A stretch of 64,000 bases of DNA, from positions 248,001-312,000 of the forward strand of contig JBLWGC010000043.1 in assembly GCA_048772705.1 (NCBI GenBank). The letters run 5' to 3'. Source of the DNA: Leidyana gryllorum EB-2025a (Eukaryota; Protista; Apicomplexa). Position numbers and translations under genes: made by a program. This document shows positions 34,441 to 46,800 of the stretch, piece by piece; position 1 is the stretch's first letter, and each line of letters begins with the position of its first letter. A model generated the notes under the pieces. It saw nothing but the letters and a program-made list of their open reading frames with translations, did no database searches and had not been told where the DNA came from.

Positions 34441-37400
34441 TCAACTAGCAGAATTAATTGCCATGAACAAATTCCAACCCAACTCCAAAGTGTCCCACAA
34501 AAGGGATTGTTCTCGATTCCTGAAGAAGTTGATTTCCAGCCGTGATGCAATGTGTGCACCGAGTTGTGCCATTTGCCGAGCGGTGTATTGACAGTCGTGG
34601 AAGTACATTTCTGTGAGCTTGGAAGCTCTCCACCACAACTCCACACTCGTAAAGAGCTCAGGGCATTCTTGACTGAAAAAGAAATGGGGACAGTGTTGTA
34701 GGGTCCTTCTAACCTGGTGACACTGAGACTTTCCGTCGGGAAGCGACTGCGGGCGACCACGACATTACCGATTGCAGAATACTGATATCATTGATGCTTT
34801 CTCAACATGGGTCTTTTACCTCGCGCAGCAATTTCAGATGCTGATTATCAAATCTCATTGGGGGATGCGACAAGATGTGACCTATGCGGGCCATTGACAC
34901 CCTTTCATATCGAATGAAGCGACCCCCCGATAGACAGAAAGCTGGCAGCGGCGTTCGAATACTGACTGTGCGCTTCGACCAGGTTGAACAAGGGCGGCGA
35001 TAGATTTGAGCCAGAATGTCCTCTTGTAGAACGGCAGCTCGCGTGGAGACTGACCGCGAGATGTTAATCTTATCAAAGTTGTTGCTGCATCCGTGGTCGG
35101 GTTCGGTGAAGCAATCAGTCCCATGAGCCCGAGTACAGGTGCTCACAAAAACTCCCAGGAGTGAACGAGGGTGGTCGATGATGATTTTCGCTCTGTAGAA
35201 CAATTGGATGTCGAGACCTCCGTAGATGGCCTACCCATATTCCGGTCTATCGAATTGCTGTACAGCTAGCGTTGAAGCTTGCACTTCGGAGTGTCGAGCA
35301 GGAGAAACAGAGGATCCCCGTCGTCTCATCTGGTAAGGATTGGGTCGCTGGGTAAGGACCATACTGCTTGGACTGGTACCCAAAAACAGAAAGCATAGGA
35401 ATGCTGACGATGAGTCGGACATAGTCAGCGGCCCCAAAGTCTGGCCCAACACAGTCACCATCCGACCTAAGGGGCGACGTATGTACGTACACAATGGGGC
35501 TGACTCACGAGTGGGATCGAATCCCCCGCGTAATTCCACAGCCAAACCCAGCAGTCGATTGACAACGCCGCTGTGGAGAAGCAGGCCTTGATTCTGGCGC
35601 AACTCCGTCAAGCTGTCGAAGATGAGTTGCCGTCCTGTGGGATGACATTACTCGCGAGTGTTAGCTTTCAATTGTGTTTACCAGTGTCTGTGGAACGGAG
35701 AACCCTCAGCAACGTGTGAGCTCCACCTGGTGATATGCAGCGTGCTGGTGGTAACCATGTGTCCAGCCGATGAGACGCAGCAAGTCCTCGTCTTTCGAGA
35801 AGCTCGACTGCATTATGTAGTATGCGGGGGACCGATATTAGCGAGGATCCCGGTCTGATTGCGGGTTCTTCCAATACACGTGGAGAAGGAGAAGCTCACT
35901 CTTTTCGCGCTCTCCTCAGCCTTCTGAGAAACCATCGGTTTTCGTAGGGCGATCGAGCGGCCAGAATGCGGATTGCAACACTCACACCGACAAGGATGAT
36001 ATCTCCCTCTCGCTCGGTACATATATAGACATATTCTACAGGTGGGGAATTTGGGAGGGACAGTCTGATCACAGGATACTTACGAGAACCTCGGCGGTGG
36101 AGGAGTTTAAAATTCCATTGGGTCGGCTCAGCCTCGTGGTAGAGTGACAGCAACTCGGCGACAGTAATTTTCTGCCATGTGGGGGCATCGGCAATGAGGC
36201 CGAATCGATTGAGAAAGGCCACCGCCGGAGCCACCCGCGTGTCATAACCATTGATGCCAAATCTTCCTCTTAAATCCAAACATAGGGCAACGGACAGTGT
36301 GGTAGTTAAGTTGAGCTCATGCAGGTTTGTGGTGGGTAGAAGACCCAAGGCTGACCACCAGCTTGCCTCTCCAGCAACATGCAAAAGAGCTTTGTCTTTC
36401 GTCCACCCTCTCAGGCCGAGATGATGCATTGAGTCCCCAAAGTGAGTAGTGCACACGTACTGACGTATCATCGCCATTGTGTTCAGATGCTCAACAGACC
36501 TGGGCGTCCCAGCGGGACCGTATTCGGGGTTGCACACTGACGGCCAGAAAGAATGAGTGCTGGTGTATCTGCAACGACAGGGTGTCTCTTTGATGCCGAA
36601 TGTCAAACGAGGACGCGTACCCAAATGCGGGCGTCGAGTGGTACCAGTCAACCACTGTATCGGGTGGAAAAGGGCATTGGCGAACTAGAAGCGGTATACT
36701 TTGGTATGGTGCGTTCTCATTGGGTGTGAAGTGCAGAACATAAGGAATGGGAGAAGGGGAGACGTCGAATGTATCCTCCAGGGCCCAGATGGTCCTGGGT
36801 AATCCAGCACAGCGTCCCCGACGGGTTTTTATTGTTATAGTTGCCGAGACGTGAGTAGCTCGCTTGTACACGGGTCGCCGACTGGTGCTAACGGTTTCGT
36901 TCCCAAAGTTGGTATGCCACTCGACCTGGCTCTTGGTGACGACCTTGTGAGACTCGATGTATCGAGGATCACATGGAACCATCACCAGCTGATAGTCGAT
37001 AGGCTGAGTAGGGCCATTTGAGTCCAACGAAGTAACAATAAAGTTGGTCAATGAGAAACACTCAGCTTGTAGTATGGCTGGGGCCTCGGATGGTAAAGTG
37101 CTCGCGGGCATACTTTGAAACCATTTCTCCAATGTCGGCCGGACCTCTTCCACAGACCATCGATCCAGATTCTTTAACAATCCGTAGCTGCGAGAGAGAG
37201 ATAAGGTTCAGTCCCTCAGTCGCTCGTTTGTTCATCACCAGGCTTACCGTAGGGACCATGGACATTTGTCTGTATCATTCCAAAGCTCGTCGAAAGTAAG
37301 CGTCTCTTTCGCTCCGGGCTTACTCTCCCGTTGTATAGCCTGTAAAGCCATAGTCGGATCACAGATCGATCCGAGTCTGAAGAGATGGGTATCCAGTTCC

Positions 37401-40400
37401 GAGAAGAGTACTGCGTGCTCGAAATCCGCGCCCGGTCTCGAGTGACTCTGCTCGGCCCATCCTGACCTCCTCAGGCGGCGATTCATGAATTTCAGACGGA
37501 GGCGGATCAACACAGCAAGAAACCGATTAACTGGGGCTGCTTCCGAGTTGCCCCAACCCCCCTTCTCGGCTGGCACGTACATATAGTCGGTGCCCAGTAT
37601 ACTCAGGATGATACACAAACGGAACGGGTCATTGGATTCGAGCAGCTGTAGCAAGATTTCGAAATGCCCACAGGCCTGACCGGGACTCAATACAACCACC
37701 ATCTGTTTCAAGGTACGAATTGGGAGCAAATCAACATCCCGAGCCATGCGTAAGAGCAACTCGGCCATTTCCTCATTTCTGTTTTGGTGGGTGTGCGGTT
37801 TACGCCTGTTACAAAGCATACCTGGCAGTGAGGGGCGACTGGTTGCTGGCTGCATTACACATATGGAGGATCACCGGTGCATAACGATCCAGCGCGTCCG
37901 CATCATACGTCTGCAAGTCGACCATTCTCTTGATAGAATCCAGCATCCGGTGGAAGACTGTTCGTCCACCTTGAACTATCAGATTCTGTAAGTCGAGTCC
38001 CTCATCAGTGGGCCCAGGATCCGCCGAGATTCCCAAACAGAGCAATATTGACGCCACCAAAGTTGGGTATGAAAAGTTGGCGCCTCCAATAGGAGTATAG
38101 CCCAATCTCGGACAAGTCGGCAGCAGAGGTTGAGGCTGCTCCTCAGGCGAAGCCGAATATCCAAAGTAACTACAGGCATAATGTGTGTGGCCATCCCGTG
38201 GGGACACACCTCAACAAGCTTTTGATGAAGGTCAAAAGGCCTTCGGAACCATATATGTATCCGGGCGCGAGGGCCAGGAAGGTGGCCAGCACCTTCAGGA
38301 TTACTGCCCAGTCCCTAGTGGCACGAATGAGTAGACAAGCCACTCAAATCGATTACAATTACCAATCAGCTTTATCATTATTGAGTGGTTCCCAAATCCA
38401 AAGAGAGGGCGAGCAAGACTGTAGAGCCGGGGCAGCGACTCCAGACGCGGTGATCATCCTTTCCAACGCAGTCGTCAAAACCTCTTTGTAGTCATCTTCC
38501 AAGCCGCTGCTGTGTAGTCGACTCTCCACATAGTGGCGAGTCAGCCCGGTCGACAGGGTGGCCAGCACTGGATGGGGGGCGTGTGACCATGCGCACCGCT
38601 CCCGAACCATCGCGCCACACATCTGAGGCGCACGATGAGCGAGATGTCATCATGCTTACCGAGCGTCGAGACAACTTGGAGCAGACAGCTTGCCAGAAGA
38701 CCCAGAGTTCCCACGGGGAGAGGAATTTGCCATCATCCAAGCTGCGTACGACACGCACAGCCTGCATCCCAGCGTTCGCACCAACGTGCTCTGCGTCGTT
38801 GAGGTCTTCACTTGCTGAGGAACTTTCATCATCTGTCTCGCATGTAGATTCGGAGGCCGGATACTCGCCAGACATGACTGCCAGCGTACTGTTTTGTGAA
38901 GACGGGAACCCCATCACCCAAGATTGGGGGCCTCCGAAAGAGGAGGTGGTCGCAGTGCCCGTCTCCATCAAGATACGCTCTCGTGCGGTTCCTATAGAGG
39001 TGGATTCGTCTTCGGAGAAGCCATCAGTGGTAGGGGCATCGAGTGAATGTCTTCGCGATGTAAGGTCGTCTCCACAGACACTCTGCCTACTGTGTTCCAC
39101 TGCTGTTTGGGTTGTGGGATCCAAGGTCACTTTGCAGACCGCCAGATCGCACCACGTAACATAATGCCATAACAAGTAATATATGAGAGCTTGTTGAACG
39201 GCACTGGATTCCTGCCGGTTCAGTAAGTGGCCAACGTGCGCGTCCCCACCAATCGACGGTCGCATCTTCCCCAGCGTTGCTTGGATGATGTCGAGCCGCG
39301 ATCGATGGAGCCTTCGATTGAATGAAACGGGATTCCACTTTGTATCACACAGCGGGGTAAAGTAGAATCCAATCGTATTGACTGGATATTGAAATTTGCG
39401 CTGAGGCTGCAGTTCACCCGGCGCTGATGAAGTACCGGTTTCCGTCTGAAGATATAAGAATGAGTAAAGTGATGTACTGTGGGATTGATAATCCGGAAGT
39501 AATGGCTGAAAGGGGAAACGGTGCTGATAGGGAGGGGAAGAGGAGAGGAACGTGGAGCATTGAGTCAAATCACAGATGGTCGCTCATCACGAGACGCTCA
39601 TTGAGGAGTTGATGGAACGACTGGTATTGGGGCGAAGCTGCTTTCGCGAGAGTTGTCGCGGGAGTTCTCGCGAGAGTTTTGGCGGGAGTTGTCGCGGGAG
39701 TTCTCGCGAGAGTTTTGGCGGGAGTTGTGGCGAGAGTTTTGGCGGAACTTGTTCCAGACTCTCTTTGGCCACCAGCCCTTCTTTCTCCGGCGCATTTCGG
39801 ACTCGCTCGTCTTCTGTGGCGTCAGAGTCTGCTCCATCGTTCCGGGCAGACTTTCTTGGGCAGACGCATACCGTGAGACCATTTGGGAAGCAGCCGCGCT
39901 GGGGAAGCCACTGTGCTCGACGGATTCAGCGCTGTGAAACACCTCCGACTGGGCTGACGGACCCGAGGATATCGAAACGTTTGGGCGTAAGTGAGCCAAT
40001 GGCGCTCCCATATCGATCCGGCCCCCGCATTCAGGATCGTATCTGTGGTCATAATTGCTGTGGAGCTGAACGTGAGTTTCCACGTTCCCCTCTTCGAACT
40101 CCTCCTGTGCGGGACTCCAACCAGCGCGCGAAACCAAACTTGATGGATCAGACTCCCAATAACAAGGGACACCGACGATCGGTATCATCTCCTCCTCCGT
40201 ATCGTGAGGGGAGTATCTGTAGAAATTGTCGACCGCATAATGACGTTTGGGCTGTTGTTGCTCCAATTGGTATTTCCGCCACACTTCTCTTCGAACTCTT
40301 CCCAGCGCTGTGTCGTCCTCAAATTGCTCGACAGCGAGGAGAGGTGGCGTAGAGCAGCGGGCATGATAGCCGTAATCGGGCACGGCCGCCGCATACACTT

Positions 40401-43400
40401 CCAACTGGCGATGGACTTGCGGGGACCCATAAGCTGCAATGTTGCTCTCGTCCCGCTGCAGCTCTGCGGATGGATACACATCAGATGACGAGCACAATAG
40501 GGGATCATTGCTGCTGGGCAGTTGCGTTGCGGAAGCTTCAAGCTCGCGGTAACTCGGCTGCCGAGGGGTATATTGGCTGGATCTGCTCTCATCGAAAGGC
40601 TCAATATAGTCACTGACCCTCGAAGAAACGTAATCTCTTTGTGACACAGACTTATCCAAGACTGGGTCATCCTGTATTGTCTCTACGGCTGCTTCTGGCA
40701 CTGGAGGCATTGGTACAAACGGCTGGTATATGTCTTTTGCGTGTGCGAGACATCCTTCAAACAGTATGGCCGGCACACTCATGTGTGCCTGTGAGCTCTG
40801 TTGCATAACCGCTTCCTGAATCCGCTTGGCTTTGTCGAGCTGTAGCGGGGGGATCGGAACCTTCGGTTTAGACTGACGATGCAGCTGGTTGCATCTAATG
40901 TTCGCCACGCCCTCGCTGGAAGCGCACGAAGAAGAACTGACACACGTTGGTGTAGGAAGCACGGCATTCTGGGCTGACGGCATCTCGATGGAGGCAACAC
41001 ACTCGCGGGTGTGATGAACTGTAGCTTTAGTGAATCGCCGCTCTGCAGGCTTCTGTGAGATCAACGGGATATTGGAGGGTTGATTTTGGACCGGACGGGT
41101 ATTTTCGTCCGGCGGAGTTTCGCGTATTGGACTGCCCAACTGGTCAGGTTCCTCTGTTGGCCGTTGGAAATCCCTGACCCTGTGCGGGCCGGTGTAGCCG
41201 GTTGGCGCGCCTTGGCCCTGCTGGACGGCCAGTTTGGGCCGAACAAAGAGAGCGTCAACTCCGCCGGTTGACTGATCGCGATTTGGATCATTCGCCCGTG
41301 TTGAGCTCTGGTTCCCCCGAGGGGTACTGATTGGATGGCACAGAGTTGGATAGCAGGAGGCATAGAATAGATTTTCGACCTTGCGGACCAGCGGCGGTGT
41401 CTCGGTCGCACGGAGACAAGCGAGGGTGTCTCTCGGACCTGCGGATTTGGACACAGGGGAGGGTTGGGGACGAGGAGGACTGGCAGATGAGGCTGCGAGC
41501 TCATTCGGGGTTTCACCGCCCTGGGAGCTTAGCCAGTTGAAGCATGAGCCGAGGAAAGAGGTTGGGAATGCATCGTCAGGGGGTGCAAACAGGAAACTAA
41601 GCATCTCTCTGTTCTCACCTTCCAGATCAGATTGTACAAATTCGCACCTTCTTGTATGCGTTGAAGTGTGTATTCACATTCCAAACGGCATACATACATG
41701 ATCAACTCAAACTTGTTCATCCGGCTTTGCCAACGATCCTGACCCTCCGGAGGAGCGGATCTTAACAGCCAATCGTCAGCATCATAGACCAAATAGGTTC
41801 TGAGGTTGGGCACAGCGCTCTGCATTTTACGGGCGAGGGCCAAACTCGACAATTCCGGGAGACTTCCATTCATTCGCAAGCGCCAATTCCGCAATCCCAT
41901 CGTCATATTCTGTATTCTGTAACCGATGGAAGTAATCTTGTGAATCGCTCGCAACCCTGGGCCGATAAAAGGATCGTCCTGACGATGCTCCGCTGGGAGT
42001 TTGGACGAGCGATCTGGGTGGGGCGGGAAGAAAGAGGTCAGTGGAGTGGTTTTGAACGGTGTTTTGTACCTCGTAAAGCCGTCGCGACACCAGCCATGGC
42101 CAGAGTGTGACAGCACTGCAGTCCCAGCACATCGCCTATCATCAAACCGTCAGGGCGGCAGCCGTGCTGGCCTTGCAGACGGCGTCGAGTTCGCTCGAAT
42201 GCATCCCCCATGCCGTGATGGGGCACCACTGGCATTCCGAAAGCTCGATTCACTGTACTGAGAGTGAGACGAATTAGGCGGAGGAACGTTAGAGGGGAAT
42301 TGCATTTGGCGAAGGCTTGTGCGAGTTGTCGTGAAGTCACGAGACTATTTTCGAGTTCAAATGCCAGCCAGGAAGGCGAACCAACCAACTGGAGCCAAAC
42401 CTCCGACGAGTACCGCCAGTCCATTAGCGCCTCCCCGCTTTCCGTGCCTCGAGCTGGCAGGCGTCGAGCTCGAGTCAATGTATCTTCTGCAAAAAGGAAC
42501 GCGCACAATGATCGGATTTGCCCCTTCCACGCTCCCGTTAGGCTTCGAGACACTTGTCTATCAGCGTGAAGTCCTAATTCCATACATCGTCTAATCATTA
42601 TACCCAATCTGGGCCTGATCTTCGCAACAAGAAGGTGTAGCGCGACCGGGCGATCGACGGTAAAGAGCACTCACTATGTCTGCCAGGGCACTCTCAGCGG
42701 CACATAAGGGCGAGAGGCAGCCCATGTGAGCAAATAGGTTTGCGCATCGCGACAGCAAGCGACTGTCGAAGACTTGTGTTCTAATGAGACGCTTTAAGAG
42801 ACTTGGTGTCATACTATTTGAGGCGTCTCACCTTGAATTCTCCCAGCAAGAATGGATGTTTCAATCTCGTGGGTCGAATACTGCTTCCTTGCACGATGGC
42901 AAGATCGCCTACTATTTCAACGAAATCGATAACAGAGAGCACACAAATGGCCCACAGGACAAGCAACCCATGTCTCTGGCAATAGGCAGTACAATGCGCG
43001 GCTTGGAGGACCTGTGATCGCGGTTGATAGCCCCCTTGCAATGTTGGTGGTGCTGAACGTGTTATGCACTTGTAGAAGTGGCCAGCGTGACGGTGGAGAT
43101 TTTGTACAGCCACAGAGATAGATATGGAGTCAGGCTGTCCTGACTCCAGTGTAAAGGATAAATTCGCAGCCGAACCCCTTCTAGACGCGCGTGCGCTGTG
43201 GGCCACAGGAGGGGCAACGGCACTCACTGGATTCTCCCCCTCATCTGGCCGTCGTAGGCCCATATTGGCGTGACGGTAGAATCGAGTCATGGAGAATTTC
43301 AAGATGTGACGAGTGCAACAGAGATATGCGTAGAGCCCGGACAGAACCGCAGGGGGCAGTGATCCCTTGTGACTCAGGAGGGCACTCAACGCCCGCTCAC

Positions 43401-43847
43401 TTTCGTAAAACAAGAGAAATCGGTAATTATAGGACATAGTGAGGGTGTGGATGGCGGCGCACACCCCTCCACCGAAGCCTGTCGACCATACGCGAGCCAG
43501 ACAATGAAGTGCTATCGCTCGGTTGAGGTCGTCGGCGCGGAACATGGCCGCGCGGATCACGCATGTCACCCAGCTCAGGATGCCGAGGTGTGTGGTTCTG
43601 TAGGAGACATTGAATGGGATGACCTTCTGAATGCAGTGTCCATAACGGGCAGTGAAGACGAGCAGACGGTCAGCCGTTGTCTGCCAGAAACTGTGAGATT
43701 CCTTCGGATGCAGCAGCGACAACTCACCGCCTGCAAAAGCAACCGCAATTGCACCAAACAGGGTCGAAGTTCCGTCTCAGTGGCAGCGGAGTACAATAAT
43801 CGGTCCAATTTGATCAGGCAGTTGCATAGTATGGCCTCTGCTACCAT
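34441..43847 (-). CDS. Giant uncharacterised multi-exon protein, family paralogue 4 (contains the 2.17-kb intron)
   Basis: ATG at 43847 (MVAEAILCNCLIKLD). Motifs LARVWS, QRHGLLVLW, DWRYSSEVWLQLVGSP, GDVLGLQCCHTLAMAG, YPVNTIGFYFTPLCD, LSPGQACGHFE, LQAECFSL, HSGVVNRLLGLAVELRGGFD, ELWWRA, LLWDTLELGW. Stop at 34441. Confidence 0.83.
39598..41604 (-). CDS. Nested intron-less 668-aa low-complexity (S/P/Q/E-rich) ORF inside the paralogue-4 intron
   Basis: Uninterrupted ATG (41604) to TGA (39598). No family motifs. Ends with a basic patch RRRKKGWWPKRVWNKFR and NSR[QHED] repeats. Confidence 0.7.
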   Translation of the reverse strand: MLSFLFAPPDDAFPTSFLGSCFNWLSSQGGETPNELAASSASPPRPQPSPVSKSAGPRDTLACLRATETPPLVRKVENLFYASCYPTLCHPISTPRGNQSSTRANDPNRDQSTGGVDALFVRPKLAVQQGQGAPTGYTGPHRVRDFQRPTEEPDQLGSPIRETPPDENTRPVQNQPSNIPLISQKPAERRFTKATVHHTRECVASIEMPSAQNAVLPTPTCVSSSSCASSEGVANIRCNQLHRQSKPKVPIPPLQLDKAKRIQEAVMQQSSQAHMSVPAILFEGCLAHAKDIYQPFVPMPPVPEAAVETIQDDPVLDKSVSQRDYVSSRVSDYIEPFDESRSSQYTPRQPSYRELEASATQLPSSNDPLLCSSSDVYPSAELQRDESNIAAYGSPQVHRQLEVYAAAVPDYGYHARCSTPPLLAVEQFEDDTALGRVRREVWRKYQLEQQQPKRHYAVDNFYRYSPHDTEEEMIPIVGVPCYWESDPSSLVSRAGWSPAQEEFEEGNVETHVQLHSNYDHRYDPECGGRIDMGAPLAHLRPNVSISSGPSAQSEVFHSAESVEHSGFPSAAASQMVSRYASAQESLPGTMEQTLTPQKTSESEMRRRKKGWWPKRVWNKFRQNSRHNSRQNSRENSRDNSRQNSRENSRDNSRESSFAPIPVVPSTPQ
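39648..39743. repeat. Eight 12-bp tandem units with a 36-bp higher-order period, encoding (NSR[Q/H/E/D])x8 on -
   Basis: Units gagagttgtcgc, gggagttctcgc, gagagttttggc, gggagttgtcgc, gggagttctcgc, gagagttttggc, gggagttgtggc, gagagttttggc. Confidence 0.92.
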
Positions 43848-43854
43848 CAAAAAA

Positions 43855-46800
43855 CTAAGGGCACAAACCCAGCCAGAGGTGCCACCCCAACTCCAGAGTG
43901 TCGTACAGCAAAGAGGAGGCCGCTGTTTCAAACAGCTGTGGGCGCCCACAGACTGCACCAATTTGCGTGAGTTTCATGCAGAAGTTATCAGACGAGCTAT
44001 GGTACATCTCCCAGATCTTCCATGCCCTCCACCACAGCTCTACCGATCTATACAACGCAGGCTTTTCTTCCTTCAAGCTCAGCAGAGTGGAGAAGACAGC
44101 ATTTTGTTGGGAAGGCACTGCCGACTTGAGAATCTATCACACCCAAATGACAGACATTGGACAACAACACGGCTTGCCTACCAAAGCTAGGAGCTTATGA
44201 TGCTGGGGCCCGTACGCCAGCTCCGGGCAGGCGAGAGCTTGCGGTTTCAACGCCTCAACTTGCTCGTGGTACGCTACCACGGGGTCCCTCGTCCAGTCAC
44301 TGTACGTAGCCCACACATGGCCTGGCCTTCGTTGAACCTGCTCGAATCCACCTTCTCTCAGAGACACAGCGTGCCAATACCGGGACCCCTGGTAGGAGGC
44401 AAATCGATACCTCGCCCCCGCCGCCTTCTCGCCGTGGTGCTCTCCTGAGCTCTCCCGACACGAGTGGTATCCCGCCTCTAAGGGGATCTCGGCAACCTGA
44501 ACAAAGCTATTTCGAAACAGTTCTAAAGCGGTGTTGGGCCACTCAGATAATGTTCTGCAACATGACATATTACCAGGATGGCAGACACCCTTCGCCTCTG
44601 TACCTCATTTTATATAGGATACTGACGATCCGAAAAGAACAAGCAGTCGGAACTCTCCCCATCCGCGCTTGACAATCTCGGTACAGATCACCTTGTTGCC
44701 GCCGATTCAACCGGTTGATACGACTCTGTGTGTGCAATCAATGTGTCTCGTCCACACGACTCAAACGTCACCTTACATCTCCCAAGTATAAAAGCGCCAG
44801 ATGAGATGCGTCATCAGCGCACTCCCCAACAAAGGAGAAGACGCGTCCCAGCAGAGACAAACTCCGGGCTGTTCGACCACCAACAGATGAACCACAAATC
44901 AGATGCTCACTTCTCCACTCCCAAAAGCCTTTGAGTTCCACCGCGGCCCCGAGCAACCGCGACAACACACCCGGGTGACTCAGTAAATGCTGTTGGGTGG
45001 TAGCCAGTATGTCCAGATCTTCCATCAAGATTGTCCGACCTATGGAGAAGATTGATTGTTTGTTTCAACAAAATCAATCCGATCAACAGATCGTTCTCAC
45101 CTATGGAGGTACCGGACAGCAGACTCAGGATGGAATTGTGTTCGTGAGGCCGAAATCGATTGGCGGGTGGATCCCAAGCATTAACCGGACGGAAGCATCC
45201 CATGCCTTTCTTGTAGGAAGTCTCGATTCCTTGGTGAAGCCACGAGGGCACCGTCACAGGGAGTTCTCTACCTCTGCAAAACAGGACGGTGAACTGACAG
45301 CCACCACCGCGTATCGGACTCACAAGGTTCTCATATGGAGGGCCTTCTTGATCCGTTTGGAAAGCCACTGCCATTCGTCCATACTCTCAACAAAGTATTG
45401 GCGGATCATCAGGGAGACGCCCAACAAGTTGCAGTCAGCGTAGTCTGGAGGCAGTGACGAACATATCCAGTTGTATTCTGCCTCAGAACAAATCAATTGG
45501 ACATTACTCTCAATCCAAGGAGACACATTGGCTTACGAGCTTTCTTCTCAGGTACCACTCGGTACCCCGAAGTGTACTGCCGCTGATTCACGTAGTTCTT
45601 CCTGATGGACTGCTTGTCAATGCGATACACTCAATTCCTCGCATAAAGGAAGATGTACTTACTCCAACCGTAGTGGTGTGCCATGTGGGTTGTGGACATG
45701 GCAACCCGAGGGGACACACATAGGTAACGCCGAAAGGGAGCTGGGGGTCGTAACCGTGAGCAGTATATCGACTATACAATTGTATAGCCAGACAAACTTG
45801 GACTGGAGTTGCTGGGTCCATCGACTCCATGTTTCGGAGCGCCTGGGGCAGAATAGCCACTGCAGTGTACCTGAGAAGAGCCAGCGGATGGTGCCAGGCT
45901 CCCACTCCCTACCAGCTCGTACGAGTATCTCCAAATCGGTGGCTCAGATCATAAGTCCAGTGGCCAGCTCCGTCATCTGGGCTCCCCACCACCTGTTGTT
46001 GGCTCTGTAAAAATGCAGCCATATAGGAGATATTGATATATCGTGGAGGGGGATCGTGGTGGAAGTGCAGCAACTCAATCTCGGGATTAGAGACGAACGG
46101 CCAGAACCACTGCTCGCAACTGAACCTGCGGCGGAGAGAAAAGCGGCATATATCTCGGCGAACAATTCAAAGCGTGCGTTCCCCACCCGTGTAACTGCAG
46201 ACGCATTGCGTAATCTATGACGACTTCCGGGGCTAGCGGAGCCTGACGGATCAGTAAAGGGATCTGCATCAATTTGCCGGTCCCTATGCGAAGGTGTAAA
46301 AAGTATGGACAGCTATTGGGGCCGACATCAATGCAGTCCTCAGCGGTCCACAACTTGGGCGGTAAACCTTTGAAACGGCCCTTTCTGATTCTCAATCTGC
46401 AAAAGCAAACAAAGCGACTGATGTCAAAAGGAATACAATCATTGCTCACCGAATCTGGGCTCCGGGGGTCCTTCTCCGGCCCAGTCCTCTCTTCGTCAGA
46501 GCCGTTGCCCCAGACAGGATTGAACGAGTACTCGCAACAGACTCTCTGGTTCCCGGCCTGATTACAGCCTCCACAACTGCACGATTCCCATCAAAGACGT
46601 TGATGTCAGGAGGGAGCAGTAACAGTTGGTAAGGGACTTTGTAGCGGCCGTCCCGATTATAAGAATCGATGCTCACACGCGAGAAGAGCGAAAAGGTCTC
46701 GGCTCTGAGTGTGATGGGCGCCTCAGACGGGAGGCAATAGTGCGGGAACCCCTCAAGCCATCTACGAATGGTCTGGATGACGACTTTGGCCGGAAAGGCC

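Larger units (their letters stand above)
39446..41618 (-). other. Expanded 2,173-nt intron of paralogue 4 hosting a nested ORF
   Basis: Phase-0 donor WK|gtgaga at 41618 and phase-0 acceptor ttcttatatcttcag at 39446, leading into TETG...YPVNTIGFY. The same intron is 55-57 nt in paralogues 2, 3 and 5. Confidence 0.7.

Noticed and set aside
33804-34760. 318-aa ORF as an N-terminally extended kinase
   Set aside because: The upstream part overlaps the last exon of paralogue 4 in another frame. Kinase homology starts after the Met at 34397.
39648-39743. CRISPR-like array
   Set aside because: Contiguous 12-bp units with no unique spacers, in a eukaryotic coding context.
39576-40352. 258-aa + strand ORF
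   Set aside because: Antisense shadow of the nested ORF and its stop-free repeat.
39598-41604. Nested ORF as a transposon or intron-encoded nuclease/maturase
   Set aside because: No RT, integrase, transposase or homing-endonuclease motifs, and no terminal repeats or target-site duplication seen. The sequence is low-complexity.
43369-44190. 273-aa + strand ORF
   Set aside because: Antisense to conserved exons of paralogues 4 and 5, with no independent support.
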